Source: Phycisphaerae bacterium (lineage in GTDB: Bacteria; Planctomycetota; Phycisphaerae; Phycisphaerales; UBA5793). Taken from it: a DNA stretch of 64,000 nt. The position numbers and the translations under genes were made by a program. How positions within the stretch are numbered: the first letter of the stretch is position 1; each line of letters starts with the position of its first letter. Positions 63,223 to 64,000 of the stretch are shown here, piece by piece. Under the pieces are notes generated by a model. The model did not search any database, was not told the DNA's origin, and saw only the letters and a program-made list of their open reading frames with translations. The stretch covers positions 31,072 to 95,071 of the forward strand of contig JBDIVQ010000001.1 in the NCBI GenBank assembly GCA_039794345.1, written 5' to 3'.

Positions 63223-64000
63223 ATGAGAGGATCGCAAGTCACCCGCGCCCTTTTTGCCGCCCTGTTCTTTGCGGCTTCGTTGCCTGCGCTCGGACAACCC
63301 GACGGCGGGGGGCCGCTGCTCGACAGCGCCTGGCGGGCGTTCGAGACGGGGTACTTCCCGACCATGTCGCCCATCGCGATGGCGCATGCCGATCTGAACG
63401 GCGACGGCCGCATCGAAGTCGTTGTCGCCCAGGAGTACTACGGCGAACCGGGTCTGGTCGTCATGACCAATCTCGGCGAGGGCGCCTTCCAGGCGACCTC
63501 GCGCTACAGCGTGCCTTACGGCGACGATCCGGCCGATATCGTCCTGAGAGACATCGACAGCGATGGGCATCTCGATGCCATCGCCACCATCCCCAATCAG
63601 CACAGCCAGGGCAACAGAGTTTACTGGTGGCACGGCAACGGCAACGGCACCTTCGCCAACCAGTATCGGAGCGTGATTGTCGGCCCCGGCCCGATCGGAC
63701 TCGTGGTGGGGGACTTCACGGGAGATGGATTCCCCGACCTCGTTACGGCGGACGGCGATTTCTACGGCACGGGCACGACGGTGTCGCTGATGGTGCACAA
63801 CGGCCAGAGCGGCAATCAGGTTGCCTTCGCGGCGCCGCGCCCCTTCACCGCCGGCGCCAATGTGCAGCGCGTCGCCGCGGCCGATCTGGACGGCGACGGC
63901 GATCTGGATCTCCTCGTCGGCCGCGCCGACGCCTCCGGCAACGCGGTGCTGCTCAACACCGGTTCAGGCTTCACGGCGCCGGTGTACTACCAGCATGCGC
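63223..64000 (+). CDS. Secreted FG-GAP/VCBS repeat protein (runs off window end)
   Basis: Signal peptide MRGSQVTRALFAALFFAASLPALG; repeats ADLNGDG, DIDSDGHLD, GDFTGDGFPDLVT, DLDGDGDLDLLV; no stop before 64000, so absent from the ORF track. Confidence 0.85.
   Translation, partial: MRGSQVTRALFAALFFAASLPALGQPDGGGPLLDSAWRAFETGYFPTMSPIAMAHADLNGDGRIEVVVAQEYYGEPGLVVMTNLGEGAFQATSRYSVPYGDDPADIVLRDIDSDGHLDAIATIPNQHSQGNRVYWWHGNGNGTFANQYRSVIVGPGPIGLVVGDFTGDGFPDLVTADGDFYGTGTTVSLMVHNGQSGNQVAFAAPRPFTAGANVQRVAAADLDGDGDLDLLVGRADASGNAVLLNTGSGFTAPVYYQHA

Overview
High-GC (~68-70%) bacterial chromosomal window, most likely a Planctomycete of the Phycisphaerae type (inferred from a giant LEPRxLL-motif exoprotein and the style of the secreted proteins). 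It is mostly housekeeping and metabolism: dcd, 2-oxoacid dehydrogenase E1beta/E2, PFOR plus a DHODH-like partner, an RND pair, tRNA-Leu(UAA), gluQ, tsf-rpsB, recR, rpoN, sppA, thiL, tsaE, glpK and a furanose-sugar ABC transporter with a GH127-GH2 fusion enzyme. The most unusual element is a partly lower-GC block at 27.6-31.0 kb. It holds six tandem, divergent paralogs of a small all-beta, phage-structural-like protein. The first two genes each have a near-identical sigma70 promoter, and the last is translationally coupled to a secreted protein. No other phage genes are in the window. Other notable items are a TsaE-YacG fusion, tandem NrdR-like boxes overlapping the dcd promoter, a shared ~100-aa C-terminal domain on two unrelated secreted proteins, a 2871-aa exoprotein ending in a metzincin motif, and a two-domain HxlR regulator beside a GTATA-N5-TATAC operator. 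No database searches were run. Family calls rest on motifs recognised by eye, and GC figures are spot counts of single 60-nt lines.
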